This document shows positions 10,155 to 19,208 of a stretch of 64,000 nucleotides of DNA, one piece after another (the first letter of the stretch is position 1; each line of letters begins with the position of its first letter). A program made the position numbers and the translations under genes. Origin of the DNA: a bacterium (GTDB taxonomy: Bacteria; Gemmatimonadota; Glassbacteria; GWA2-58-10). Under the pieces are notes generated by a model. It did no database searches and was not told the DNA's origin. It saw only the letters and a program-made list of their open reading frames with translations. Where the stretch lies: contig JAJFUG010000072.1 in assembly GCA_021372515.1 (NCBI GenBank), positions 379 through 64,378 on the forward strand, written 5' to 3'.

Positions 10155-10190
10155 TAGGGGCGAACCCTGTGTTCGCCCTTTTTGTCTTTC
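10155..10190 (+). terminator. Hairpin (GGGGCGAACCC tgt GTTCGCCC) followed by TTTTTG; probable terminator of the methyltransferase gene.
   Basis: The stem and T-run can be read directly from the sequence. Confidence 0.5.
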
Positions 10191-10243
10191 CCGGCCATGT
10201 CTGAGTGAACCGGTAGAGGCAGAGATTTGGCCTTTCAATGTAA

Positions 10244-10263
10244 GGGCACGGCATGCCGTGCCC
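10244..10263. repeat. GC-rich palindrome, family A (GGGCACGG-catg-CCGTGCCC). It probably terminates the convergent kamA-like gene.
   Basis: Perfect 8-bp arms immediately downstream of the - strand gene end at 10280. Confidence 0.6.
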
Positions 10264-10279
10264 TATAGGTTTTCCCGCC

Positions 10280-12196
10280 TCAGAAATAGTACCAGATCGA
10301 ATGGTAGTCGTTCACGTTCTCGCCCTCGGCCGCCAGGCGGGTCAGGTAGTCGTGGATCGAGACATCCGTGTACAGGTAGGGCTTGGTCAGGGCCAGCATC
10401 GACTCCCAGGGGTAGAACCGGTAGACCCGGCGGCCGTCCGGCAGCAGCATCACGATCTCGTGGTCCTGCCACGACTGCAGATAGCTCTTGCCCAGGGTGG
10501 GCACGTTGAACACCGGGGTGTCCGTGCGGGCCAGGCCCGGCAACAGGCGCGCCTCCTCGGTCCACTCCTGCAGCAGCCTGGCGATGGGCACCCGGAAATC
10601 GACGGTCTCATCCTTACCCTTGGCGTTGAAACAGTAGTAGGGGTCCACTCCGCTGCGCTTGAGCACCCGCCGCAGGTGCGCGGTCTGGAAGCGCCGGCTG
10701 TTGTAGAAAGTGAAAACCTCCTGGTTGTACACGCTCAGGCCCGCCGAGCGCAGACGGCCCACCGCATCCAGGGCCGCGGGGGTCATTTCGAGCGGGCTTT
10801 CGAAATGAGTCACCACGCAGACCTCGCGCCGTCCCAGCTCGTGGTGGCGCGACAGCAGTGACACCAGCTCCGGGGTGATCCGCATCGGCAGGGTCACCGG
10901 GGTGCGGGTGCTGATCCGGATGCGCTCCAGGTGGCCGATTGCGGCCAGGCGCTCCAGGACCCAGGCCAGGTACTCATCGCCCAGGGTGAGCGGGTCGCCG
11001 CCGGTGACCAGCACCTCCTGGATGTTCTCGTTCTCCGCGACCCAGTCGATAGCTTTCTCAAGCCGCTCGCGGGTCTCGCCGCTGCGGTCCAGGCCGGTCA
11101 CCTCCCAGTTGCGCTGGCAGTAGACACAGAGCTGCGGGCAACTGTTGAAAGCCTTGAGGATCAGCACGTGCACGTAGCGCCGCGTGATCCCGTCCTGCGG
11201 GCTGGTGGCGGCCTCGCCCATGAAATCGAGGTCCTGGCCGCTCTCCGCTGCCCGGCGCATGCCCTCCACATAGTGCAGCCCCGGCAGCACCTGCGCCCGC
11301 AGGGCGGCATCCGTGGCTCCGGGGCCGGGCCTCTGGAACAGGCTCAGGTAATAGGGGGTGATCTGGAACGCGAGGCCCTGCCGTTCGGCCTGGGCCAGGG
11401 CGTGTCGCTCGCTGTCTGTCAGTTCGACCAGGCGTTCCAGGTCGGACAGGCGGCAGACGATATGGCGCATCTGCCAGCAGCAGTCGTTCCATTCCCTGGG
11501 GCCGGCCCCCAGGGCGGCGGCGATCCGCCGCACCGACTCCTCGTTCAGCGCCCGGACCCGCCCGTCAAGGCCGCTTTCGTAGCGCGCCATGGCCTCGCGC
11601 ACCCGCTTGCCGTAACTGTCCAGAAGGTGCGAGCGCGCCAGTCCGGGCCGCTCCTCGGCGGTCAGCTCCAGCGCGGAGGGCTTTTCCCGGCGGTAGAACC
11701 CGAAACGCCCGTTGATCCCCAGGAACAGGAACAGCATCTCGAGAATGAACCCCCGGCTGACCGGCTCGCCCCGCGAGACGGTGCGCGAGGCCAGCTTGAT
11801 CAGGCTCCCCAGGGCGCTGGCCCCGCTAAGTTTCTCGTTCTCGGTGCGGATGATGTTCTTGAACACCCGGATACACCATTTGGCGTGCTTTTTCCGCACG
11901 TCGTGCAGGTCCTTGAATTTCTTGTCCGAGTAGATGTTGAAATAGTGCCGTTCCAGGTCGTTCAGGTACTCGAACAGCCCGTTGCGGGCTTCGCTGATCG
12001 AGGCGCGGCTGAGCAGAATGTGCTGTATCTTGCGGTCCGTCTGCCAGAGAAGGTCGAGCAGGGCGGGCCGCTCGAGGTTGAGGATGCGTTCGAGGGAAAC
12101 GGCGCGGGCGGGAGGCTCCAGGGCCCTTTCGCCGCCGAGTCCGCCGGCCTGCGGCGGGGCGTGGATTCCAGAGACTTCCTGGTCGTAGTTGATCAT
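10280..12196 (-). CDS. KamA-family radical SAM protein (lysine 2,3-aminomutase-like) with an N-terminal extension of about 300 aa.
   Basis: Track ORF 10280..12256; a likely alternative start is MINYDQ at 12196. The radical-SAM cluster CPQLCVYCQRNWEV is present, and the C-terminal half resembles KamA (QEVLVTGGDPLTL...). Confidence 0.75.
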   Translation of the reverse strand: MINYDQEVSGIHAPPQAGGLGGERALEPPARAVSLERILNLERPALLDLLWQTDRKIQHILLSRASISEARNGLFEYLNDLERHYFNIYSDKKFKDLHDVRKKHAKWCIRVFKNIIRTENEKLSGASALGSLIKLASRTVSRGEPVSRGFILEMLFLFLGINGRFGFYRREKPSALELTAEERPGLARSHLLDSYGKRVREAMARYESGLDGRVRALNEESVRRIAAALGAGPREWNDCCWQMRHIVCRLSDLERLVELTDSERHALAQAERQGLAFQITPYYLSLFQRPGPGATDAALRAQVLPGLHYVEGMRRAAESGQDLDFMGEAATSPQDGITRRYVHVLILKAFNSCPQLCVYCQRNWEVTGLDRSGETRERLEKAIDWVAENENIQEVLVTGGDPLTLGDEYLAWVLERLAAIGHLERIRISTRTPVTLPMRITPELVSLLSRHHELGRREVCVVTHFESPLEMTPAALDAVGRLRSAGLSVYNQEVFTFYNSRRFQTAHLRRVLKRSGVDPYYCFNAKGKDETVDFRVPIARLLQEWTEEARLLPGLARTDTPVFNVPTLGKSYLQSWQDHEIVMLLPDGRRVYRFYPWESMLALTKPYLYTDVSIHDYLTRLAAEGENVNDYHSIWYYF

Positions 12197-12488
12197 ATCG
12201 ATACCCTCACTTTCAATTCGGGGGGGCTTTTCGCCCCTGGCTCCGGGTGAGCGCACCGGGAGGCCGGGGGGCGGATAACACTCTCATCGGATGACTGGGC
12301 CAGGACTGCGGTCGGTGCACAACTCTGAACGGGATATTCGGGCGGTGCTCTTCCGTTCTCTTCTCTCTCCACTTGATAATTAAAGCCGTGCGGCGCCTTT
12401 TGTCAAGCCGCAATTGCAAGGATATTCCGGCGAACGAGTTAGAAAGGAAACGGTTGGACAGAGTGAGCGGCGCCGCGGATTTATCCGG

Positions 12489-12518
12489 TTGACAGCTCAC
12501 CCCAGGAGTCGATAGATT
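12489..12518 (+). promoter_or_regulatory. Candidate sigma-70 promoter (TTGACA, 17-18 nt spacer, TAGATT) upstream of dacB.
   Basis: Sequence ccggTTGACAgctcaccccaggagtcgaTAGATTtc. Confidence 0.25.
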
Positions 12519-12597
12519 TCAAAGCTGTAAGAGCACTGGTAAACAGAGATCGGTCCGGAGTGACAAGAGAGATGCGAAAAAAGGGGAGGCGGGTATT

Positions 12598-14178
12598 GTG
12601 ATGCGGTCTGGTATTGTCCGTGAAAGAGAGTCTGCGCAAGTGCTGCGGCCTAAAGCGGCGGCGGCGCTGTTCTGCGTCTTGGCTGTCATGATTTATCCCT
12701 TTGCGCTCCGGGCGGCCTCGTCCGACAGCCTGGAGCTCAACCGCAAGATCGACAAAATCCTGGCCCGCTACGGCCAGCTCCCCGAGAACTGGGGCATTGT
12801 GTTCCGCTCGCTGGACAAGGGCGACTACCTGGTCCGGCGCAACGACCAGCACGGCTACATGCCCGCCTCCAACCTCAAGCTGCTGGTGACCGCTGTGGCC
12901 CTGGACGCCCTGGGGCCGGACTACCGTTTCCGCACCACCGTGCTGGCGGATGGCTCGGTCTCGCCGGGCGACAGCACGTTGCAGGGCGATCTGGTTCTGC
13001 GCGGCAGCGGCGACCCCACCATTTCCGACCGTTTCTTCCGCAGCACCACCGCGGTCTGGGACGAGCTGGCCGCCGAGGTTCACGCTGCCGGCATCCGTCA
13101 CGTCAGCGGCGACCTCGTGGCCGACAATTCCCTGTTCCAGCCGCCGTTCCTGGCGGACGGCTGGTCGTGGGAGGACCTCACCTGGTGGTACGCCGCCCCG
13201 GTGAGCGCCCTTTCCTACAACGACAACGTGATCGACCTGAACGCCTATCCGGCCTCCCAGGTGGGCGAGCCGCCCGTGATCCGCGTCACACCCTCCTCTT
13301 CGGTGATGAACGTGATCAACCGCGCAGTCACCGTGGGCGACCGCAGCGGCGATCACCTGGTGATCTCGCGCGAGACCCCCGGCACCGCGGTGGTCCTGTC
13401 GGGCGGGATCTACAAGGGCAGCATCGGTTTCATGGAGCACGTGGCCGTGGACTCGCCCGGCCTGTTCGCAGCCTCGGCGTTCCTGGACGCCCTGGCGCGC
13501 AAGGGGGTGCGGGTGGACGGGCCGGTGCGGCTGGTGGCCGATACCGAGGAGAGCGACAGGATAATGGGGCGCGCGCCCTCCATCGTGGCCCAGCACGAAT
13601 CCGTGCCCCTGACCGAGATCGTGAGGGTGATCCTCAAGCGCAGCCACAATTTTTACGCCGAGCAGTTGCTGTTCACTCTGGGGGCGCGCCAGGGGCGCGG
13701 CGGCGGGTTCCAGCAGGGGATCGAGGTGGAGCAGAGGCTGCTGCGCAAGCTGGGGGTGAACATGTCGAAAATCCGGCTGGAGGACGGCTCGGGCCTCAGC
13801 CGCCTGAACCTGGTCACCCCGGACATGTTTATCCGCCTGCTCACTTTCATGCACGACCACCCGGCGGCCGAGCAGTACATCGCCAGTCTGCCGATCAGCG
13901 GCGTGGACAACGGCGTGCGGATAATGCACAGCACCCCGGCGGATGGCAAGATACACGCCAAGACCGGCTACATCACCTCGGTCATGTCCCTGTCGGGCTA
14001 TGCCCGCACGCTGGACGGCGAGCCGCTGGTGTTCTCGGTGCTGGGCAACAACTGGCTGATCTCGAAGGTGGCGGCGCGGATGGTGATCCGGGACATCTGC
14101 GTGGAGGTGTCGCAACTCAGGCGCGGCTGGAAACCCGGCCCGGAGAGACTGAGACAGCCGCCGCACCACGCCGAGTAG
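12598..14178 (+). CDS. dacB: D-alanyl-D-alanine carboxypeptidase/endopeptidase (PBP4, peptidase S13).
   Basis: Track ORF of 526 aa with signal peptide, the SxxK active site (ASNLK), and a PBP4-like domain order. Confidence 0.85.
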   Translation: MMRSGIVRERESAQVLRPKAAAALFCVLAVMIYPFALRAASSDSLELNRKIDKILARYGQLPENWGIVFRSLDKGDYLVRRNDQHGYMPASNLKLLVTAVALDALGPDYRFRTTVLADGSVSPGDSTLQGDLVLRGSGDPTISDRFFRSTTAVWDELAAEVHAAGIRHVSGDLVADNSLFQPPFLADGWSWEDLTWWYAAPVSALSYNDNVIDLNAYPASQVGEPPVIRVTPSSSVMNVINRAVTVGDRSGDHLVISRETPGTAVVLSGGIYKGSIGFMEHVAVDSPGLFAASAFLDALARKGVRVDGPVRLVADTEESDRIMGRAPSIVAQHESVPLTEIVRVILKRSHNFYAEQLLFTLGARQGRGGGFQQGIEVEQRLLRKLGVNMSKIRLEDGSGLSRLNLVTPDMFIRLLTFMHDHPAAEQYIASLPISGVDNGVRIMHSTPADGKIHAKTGYITSVMSLSGYARTLDGEPLVFSVLGNNWLISKVAARMVIRDICVEVSQLRRGWKPGPERLRQPPHHAE

Positions 14179-14197
14179 ACTCAAAAGGGGCGGTGGT

Positions 14198-14488
14198 TCA
14201 GGCCAGCAGGTCCACGTTGGAGCCGCGGCCGTCGCCCGAGGACCCACGTCGCCTGCCGCGCCGCTGCCGGCGCTGATCCTTTCGGCCCTCATCCGGGTGG
14301 ATTTTGGTTTTCTCCCCTGGCGAGGTCTCCTTGGTGCGGCGGCGTTCCTCGGCGGCCCGTTTCAACTCGTTCTGCTCGGACTGCAGGCGGCTCAGCTCCG
14401 GGTGCGACTGTTGCTGCTGGCTTTCTTTCTCCACGTGGGTGAATTGCTGCATCACCGTGGCGTGGTCTATCGGACGGACCATGGTCAT
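14198..14488 (-). CDS. Hypothetical small, highly charged protein, probably disordered.
   Basis: Track ORF of 96 aa. Its ATG lies 4 nt after the stop of the upstream gene, and a GAGGGA sequence sits 6 nt upstream. Confidence 0.35.
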   Translation of the reverse strand: MTMVRPIDHATVMQQFTHVEKESQQQQSHPELSRLQSEQNELKRAAEERRRTKETSPGEKTKIHPDEGRKDQRRQRRGRRRGSSGDGRGSNVDLLA

Positions 14489-14492
14489 TCCC

Positions 14493-14993
14493 TCAGCGGA
14501 ACAGTTTCCCGAACCTCACCAGCGGCTCATCCGGGAAATCACGGAGCCATTGCCCGGCGGTCTCGTCGATGATCGCGGCCAGGGTCGGGTCCAGGCGGTC
14601 AAGGCTTTCGCCCCCGGCGCCCTCCTGTGGTGACAGACGGTCGCCCTCCAGGCGCAGCCGCCCGTCGCGCAGCATTATCCGCAGCAGGCGGGTCAGGCGC
14701 GGGCTGAAGAGCATGCCGTCCTCCACCCGGAAAACGAAATCCGGGAAAGCCACCTTGTGACGGTGGCAGACCCGCTCCAGGATCCAGATGAAATAGTAAA
14801 TTTCCGAGGCGGAGAAGCTGGAGCCGTTCTCCTCGGCCAATCGCAGAACGCTGGCGCGCAGGACCTGGCTCATCCACCGGCGTTTCTCACCGAATCGTTT
14901 TTTCGCTTTAATACCCTGCCTGACAAGCAGGCCGCCCCCGATGCCGACCGAGGTCCCGGCCAGTATCGACAGGATCCATTTTCCGGCTTTCAT
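14493..14993 (-). CDS. Hypothetical protein with an N-terminal membrane anchor.
   Basis: Track ORF 14493..15080. The likely start is MKAGKWILSILAGTSVGIGGG at about 14993. Confidence 0.5.
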   Translation of the reverse strand: MKAGKWILSILAGTSVGIGGGLLVRQGIKAKKRFGEKRRWMSQVLRASVLRLAEENGSSFSASEIYYFIWILERVCHRHKVAFPDFVFRVEDGMLFSPRLTRLLRIMLRDGRLRLEGDRLSPQEGAGGESLDRLDPTLAAIIDETAGQWLRDFPDEPLVRFGKLFR

Positions 14994-15140
14994 CCCCAAC
15001 CTTCCCCCGATATTATAAGTTTTCACACGTAATCGATGCGTCCGCTTAATATAGCGGTATTCAGGACAATTGTAAACCACTTGTGGATTAACTGAATAGC
15101 CTCGATGAAACGCTTGTAATTGATTCCGATTTAGTTATAT

Positions 15141-16526
15141 TTGCAACGCTCGTGCGGCCCCCCGTCGTTCATCCGGTTCTGTGGTGCAATCATGACCTGG
15201 TCGATCGAACCGCTCCGGCGTGGGCTGAACTCACGCAAGGCTTTCCCGCTGCTGCTCGGGTTTGGACTGTCTGTCCGCCTGCTTCTTCTGGCATGCACCT
15301 GGCGCGACCCGCTGTTCGATGATGCGGCGGCGTACTATACCCAGGCGCTGAAGATCACGGACAGCGGGACCAGTTTGTATTTACCACCCGGTCTTCCCGC
15401 CTATCTGCGGCTCTGGATGTACCTGCCTGTGGACGGCCAGGTTGCCTGCCGGCTGTCGATGCTTCCGGTCTATCTCATTTTCAGCCTCGCGCTCTTCGCC
15501 TATGTCCGTGGCCGCTCCGGGATTCAGGCCGCCAACCTTGCGGTGCTGTTCTTCGTCTTTTCGCCGGCTTTCGTCTTCCAGTCCCAGTTCCCGTTGACAC
15601 AGCTCCCGACAGCCACTCTGTGTTTGATGGCCCTGTTGCTGCTTGAAAAATCCGTGAAACCCGGGGGCTGGACCGCTGCCGTGACCTTGGGTCTGGTGCT
15701 GGGGGCAGCGGTCCTGCTGCGACCATCCATTTTGATTCTGGTCCCACTCCTGGCCGCGCTGGTCTGGGTGCGCGCCGGCGCCAGGCGTGCGACGAAAGCC
15801 CTGCTGGTCGCATTTGCCGCCTCCGTTCCGCTGCTGGCTTGGGAGCACCATGTCTGGCGGCGGAGCGGGGAGGCCGTGTTCATCAACAGCGCGAACTCGA
15901 TGAACCTTTTTGTGGGCAACAACCAGTACACGCCGCTCTATCGCACCTGGTGGTTCGGCTCTCACAGTCGGGGCTCGCGGGACGTGCCGGCCGAATTCAG
16001 CTCTCTTCTCGAATACGGGCGCAGCCTCGGCCCGGCCGATCAGGAACGCTTCTTTTTCAGCCAGGCGCTTTCACACATAGCCTCGCATCCTTGGCTTTTC
16101 GCATTCCGGACTTTCAACCGTATGCGCTGCTTCCTGGCCTTCGACAGCTTTTCCGGAGCACAGGCCATGAAACATTACCGTCTCCCGCCCTGGAGCGTGG
16201 CGCTCGTGCTGGGGCTGGATGCCTTGTGCTACTGCTCGATAATGCTTGCCGCACTCGGATATATCGTTATATTTGGGAACTGGATGCCTGCCCTCGGCTG
16301 GCTGTGGAGCCTCGGATGCGTGGCTCTGTTTTATGCCGCGCCATACTACACCCCACGTACCATTTCCCGATTGTGCCGCTGGCCGCGGTTCCGGCATCGA
16401 TGCTGGTGTCACGCTGGCTATCCGGTGGCAGGGTGGCGTTCGAATCACCGGGTAAAAGGCGGAAAGCGGTTGGAGCCGTACTTTGCGGAGCGTTTTTCAT
16501 CATCCAGTTGGAATGTGTCTGGGTGA
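15141..16526 (+). CDS. GT39/ArnT-like polytopic membrane glycosyltransferase. The C-terminus is probably frameshifted and may continue to 16555.
   Basis: Track ORF of 461 aa, many TM helices, and a DxxAAYY-like motif near the N-terminus. The last 60 aa in this frame are Arg/Trp/Cys-rich, while another frame (15839..16555) has a TM-like C-terminus. Confidence 0.6.
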   Translation: MQRSCGPPSFIRFCGAIMTWSIEPLRRGLNSRKAFPLLLGFGLSVRLLLLACTWRDPLFDDAAAYYTQALKITDSGTSLYLPPGLPAYLRLWMYLPVDGQVACRLSMLPVYLIFSLALFAYVRGRSGIQAANLAVLFFVFSPAFVFQSQFPLTQLPTATLCLMALLLLEKSVKPGGWTAAVTLGLVLGAAVLLRPSILILVPLLAALVWVRAGARRATKALLVAFAASVPLLAWEHHVWRRSGEAVFINSANSMNLFVGNNQYTPLYRTWWFGSHSRGSRDVPAEFSSLLEYGRSLGPADQERFFFSQALSHIASHPWLFAFRTFNRMRCFLAFDSFSGAQAMKHYRLPPWSVALVLGLDALCYCSIMLAALGYIVIFGNWMPALGWLWSLGCVALFYAAPYYTPRTISRLCRWPRFRHRCWCHAGYPVAGWRSNHRVKGGKRLEPYFAERFSSSSWNVSG

Positions 16527-16618
16527 TGTCGGGTTCTTTCATAAAAAACATGTGAACCAGCGGATTGCGGCGTTCGGTTTCTTTCTGGGGCCGAGGCCTC
16601 AATGCTGCGGAGAATGCG

Positions 16619-17896
16619 ATGCCCTGTTTTTCAACCCTTGCCCTCCTCGCCCTTTGCGCAGCCCTCAGTCTGACCGGCCCGGTGCCGCTCGCCGCCCAGC
16701 TCAGCCGCTCCGACATTCTGGACCAGAACGCCGCGCAGCAGGCTATGGAGCAAAGAAAGCAAATGCTGCAGAACAAGGTCAGCACCGTGCAGCCGGGTGA
16801 ACGGGTGCCGCTGGACGGCATGGTGGACCGCTCCGCATATTGCCTGGGCCCGGGCGATGAGATGGATGTCTCGATCTGGGCCGGTGATGAGTACTACACC
16901 TATCCGCTGGTCGTTTCGGCCGAGGGGCGTCTGCTGGTGCCGATGGTGGGGCCGGTCGAGGTGGGCGGGCTGAGCCTGGAGAACGCCGAGAAGCTTCTGG
17001 GAGTCCAGTGTGCACGTTTCTTCACCGGGGCGAGGGTGCAGCTTTCGCTGACCAACCCGCGCCTGTTCCGGGCCTACGTGGTCGGGGCGGTCAACAAGCC
17101 CGGCACCTACTACCACAGCGCGTTCGACCGGGTGAGCGACCTGGTGCGCGCCGCCGAGGGCATCAAGTCCGGCGGCTCCCGTCGCCGGCTGCACCTGTTC
17201 GACCGCGACCACAAACCCCTGACCAGCGCCGACCTGCTGGCTTTCGTGGCCACCGGCAACCCGGCTTTCAACCCGCGCCTGGTGGACGGCTGCATCCTGG
17301 AGGTGCCGCAGGTGGAGGACTACGTGCTGCTGCGCGGACGGTTCATCAACCTGGTGGGGGCCGATTCGATCAAGATCAACGACATCTCGAAGGACGAGAT
17401 GAGCGAGCACCGGGTGGAGATCAACCCCGGCGAGACCCTGGGCGACCTTCTGGCCCTGGTCGGCCAGCCGGATGTGGAGGGCGTGGGCGGCAAGGTGCGG
17501 GTGCGAATCGTTTCCAAGAGCGGCGCCGAGCGCCAGGCCGACCTGGATGAGGCCATGCTGCAAACCCCCCTTGAGACCGGCTCGACCATCGAATTCCCGA
17601 CACAGCAGTTTTTCGTCTATGTCACCGGCAATGTCACCCGCTCCGGGCGCTACCTGTACCAGAGCGGGTTCACGGCCCTCGATTACCTGGGACAGGCCGG
17701 CGGTCCGAGTATGTACGGCAGCACGACCAAGTTCAAGGTGCGGCGCAGCGACGGCCGTACGGTCGAGGTGTCCGCCACCGACCGTCTGTATCCCGGCGAC
17801 ATGCTGTACATCCCGGAAAAAGTACGCTGGCTCGACCGCACGCTGGCCCCGCTGATCTCACTGGTGGGTGTGCTGATCGCGGTCGCCGCAAGATAA
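16619..17896 (+). CDS. wza: Polysaccharide export protein, Wza-like (Poly_export plus SLBB domains).
   Basis: Track ORF 16565..17896. The likely start is MPCFSTLALLALCAALSL (signal) at about 16619. The domain order is typical of Wza. Confidence 0.85.
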   Translation: MPCFSTLALLALCAALSLTGPVPLAAQLSRSDILDQNAAQQAMEQRKQMLQNKVSTVQPGERVPLDGMVDRSAYCLGPGDEMDVSIWAGDEYYTYPLVVSAEGRLLVPMVGPVEVGGLSLENAEKLLGVQCARFFTGARVQLSLTNPRLFRAYVVGAVNKPGTYYHSAFDRVSDLVRAAEGIKSGGSRRRLHLFDRDHKPLTSADLLAFVATGNPAFNPRLVDGCILEVPQVEDYVLLRGRFINLVGADSIKINDISKDEMSEHRVEINPGETLGDLLALVGQPDVEGVGGKVRVRIVSKSGAERQADLDEAMLQTPLETGSTIEFPTQQFFVYVTGNVTRSGRYLYQSGFTALDYLGQAGGPSMYGSTTKFKVRRSDGRTVEVSATDRLYPGDMLYIPEKVRWLDRTLAPLISLVGVLIAVAAR

Positions 17897-17914
17897 TCAC
17901 CGCGGGGGAGAGCT

Positions 17915-19102
17915 TTGGCCGACAGAACGATTGACCTGCCGCAGATGCTTTCGATAATCGGGCGCCGCTGGCGTATCCCGGCTGTGGTCGGGGCTGTGAC
18001 CGCGGTGGTCGCCCTGCTGGTGAATTTCCTTATCCTGCCCAAATGGTACGAATCCACCACAGTGATCATGCCGCCCCAGGAAAAGAGCGGTTTCGGCATC
18101 ATGGGCATGCTCCTGTCCCGGGCCTCCGACATGCCGGGCGGCCTGAGCCGTCTGGCCAGCGGCATCGCCGGGATCAACCCCTCGCAGTTCCTGTTCGTGG
18201 TGGCGCTCAACAGCCAGACCGTGGCGGATTCGCTGATCGACAAGTACGACCTGATGAAGGTCTACAAGACCGAGTACCGTTTCCTGGCGCGCAAGGAGCT
18301 GGCCCGTCACACCTGGATCGATTTCCCGCCCGAGGGCCATATCGTGGTGAAAGTGGAGGCCCGGGAAAACCCGGAGCTGGCCCGCGACCTGGCCCGCGAG
18401 TACGTGATCCAGCTCAACAACGTCATCCTCGACCGCGGGATGTTCTCCGCCACCAAACGGAGGCGTTTCCTGCAGGACCGCCTGGAGGAGGAACGGCTGT
18501 ACCTCCACGATCTGGAGGACAGTCTGGTGGTGATGCAGAAAAAATTCGGCATCATCGATCCGGAGGAGCAGGCCAAGGGCCTGGCCGAGATAGTGACCGC
18601 CCCGCTCCGGGGGACCATGGAGATGCTGGCCCTGCTGGAGGCCGAGCGCGAGAGCCAGATGGTGCAACTCAAGATCAAGCGCGATTTCTACACCGCGGCC
18701 CACCCCGATGTCCGTCGCCTGGAGGCGGCGATCAAGGAGATGGACCGCGCGATAGCGCGCATCCGGGCCGAGGTCAACGGCGCCACCACGCGGAATGCCG
18801 GCAAGCTCACCGTGCCCCTGGCCGATATCCCCGAGGCGGCCATGGACTACATGCGCCTGTACCGCGGGGTGAAAATCCACGAGGAGATGTACGCCCTGCT
18901 GGCGGCCCAGTTCGAGGAGGCCCGCCTGAACGAGGCGGATGACATCCCCAGCGCCATCGTGCTGGACCCGGCCAACCTGCCCGAGTACAAGAGCCGTCCC
19001 AAGCGCCTGCTCAACACGGCGATCAGCACCGCGGCCGCGGTGCTGCTGAGCCTGCTGTATGTCATGGCCGCCGCGCGTTTCAGCTTCCTGAAAGAGGACT
19101 GA
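17915..19102 (+). CDS. wzz: Wzz/GumC-type polysaccharide chain-length determinant protein, without a kinase domain.
   Basis: Track ORF of 395 aa with N- and C-terminal TM segments, a coiled-coil periplasmic region, and the Wzz N-terminal motif (IDLPQML...LPKWYESTTVIMPP). Confidence 0.8.
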   Translation: MADRTIDLPQMLSIIGRRWRIPAVVGAVTAVVALLVNFLILPKWYESTTVIMPPQEKSGFGIMGMLLSRASDMPGGLSRLASGIAGINPSQFLFVVALNSQTVADSLIDKYDLMKVYKTEYRFLARKELARHTWIDFPPEGHIVVKVEARENPELARDLAREYVIQLNNVILDRGMFSATKRRRFLQDRLEEERLYLHDLEDSLVVMQKKFGIIDPEEQAKGLAEIVTAPLRGTMEMLALLEAERESQMVQLKIKRDFYTAAHPDVRRLEAAIKEMDRAIARIRAEVNGATTRNAGKLTVPLADIPEAAMDYMRLYRGVKIHEEMYALLAAQFEEARLNEADDIPSAIVLDPANLPEYKSRPKRLLNTAISTAAAVLLSLLYVMAAARFSFLKED

Positions 19103-19136
19103 CCCGCCCGCAGCTTGATATCCAGATAAAAAATTG

Positions 19137-19160
19137 GGGGCACGGCGCGCGCCGTGCCCC
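19137..19160. terminator. Bidirectional terminator-like palindrome, family A (GGGGCACGG cgcgcg CCGTGCCCC), between the convergent wzz and response-regulator genes.
   Basis: Perfect 9-bp arms. Confidence 0.6.
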
Positions 19161-19208
19161 TCGTATTTCCCTATCGTGATTGTCCGCCAGACCTTCCCGT
19201 CCCGCACC

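Noticed and set aside
12481-14292. 603-aa - strand ORF
   Set aside because: Antisense to dacB, which has clear PBP4 motifs.
15081-15142. TTGCA at -12-like position upstream of the glycosyltransferase gene
   Set aside because: There is no TGGCAC-like -24 element at the correct spacing.
16430-16450. GGCGTTCGAATCACC, resembling a tRNA T-arm
   Set aside because: It lies inside the glycosyltransferase coding region, and no acceptor or anticodon stems can be formed around it.
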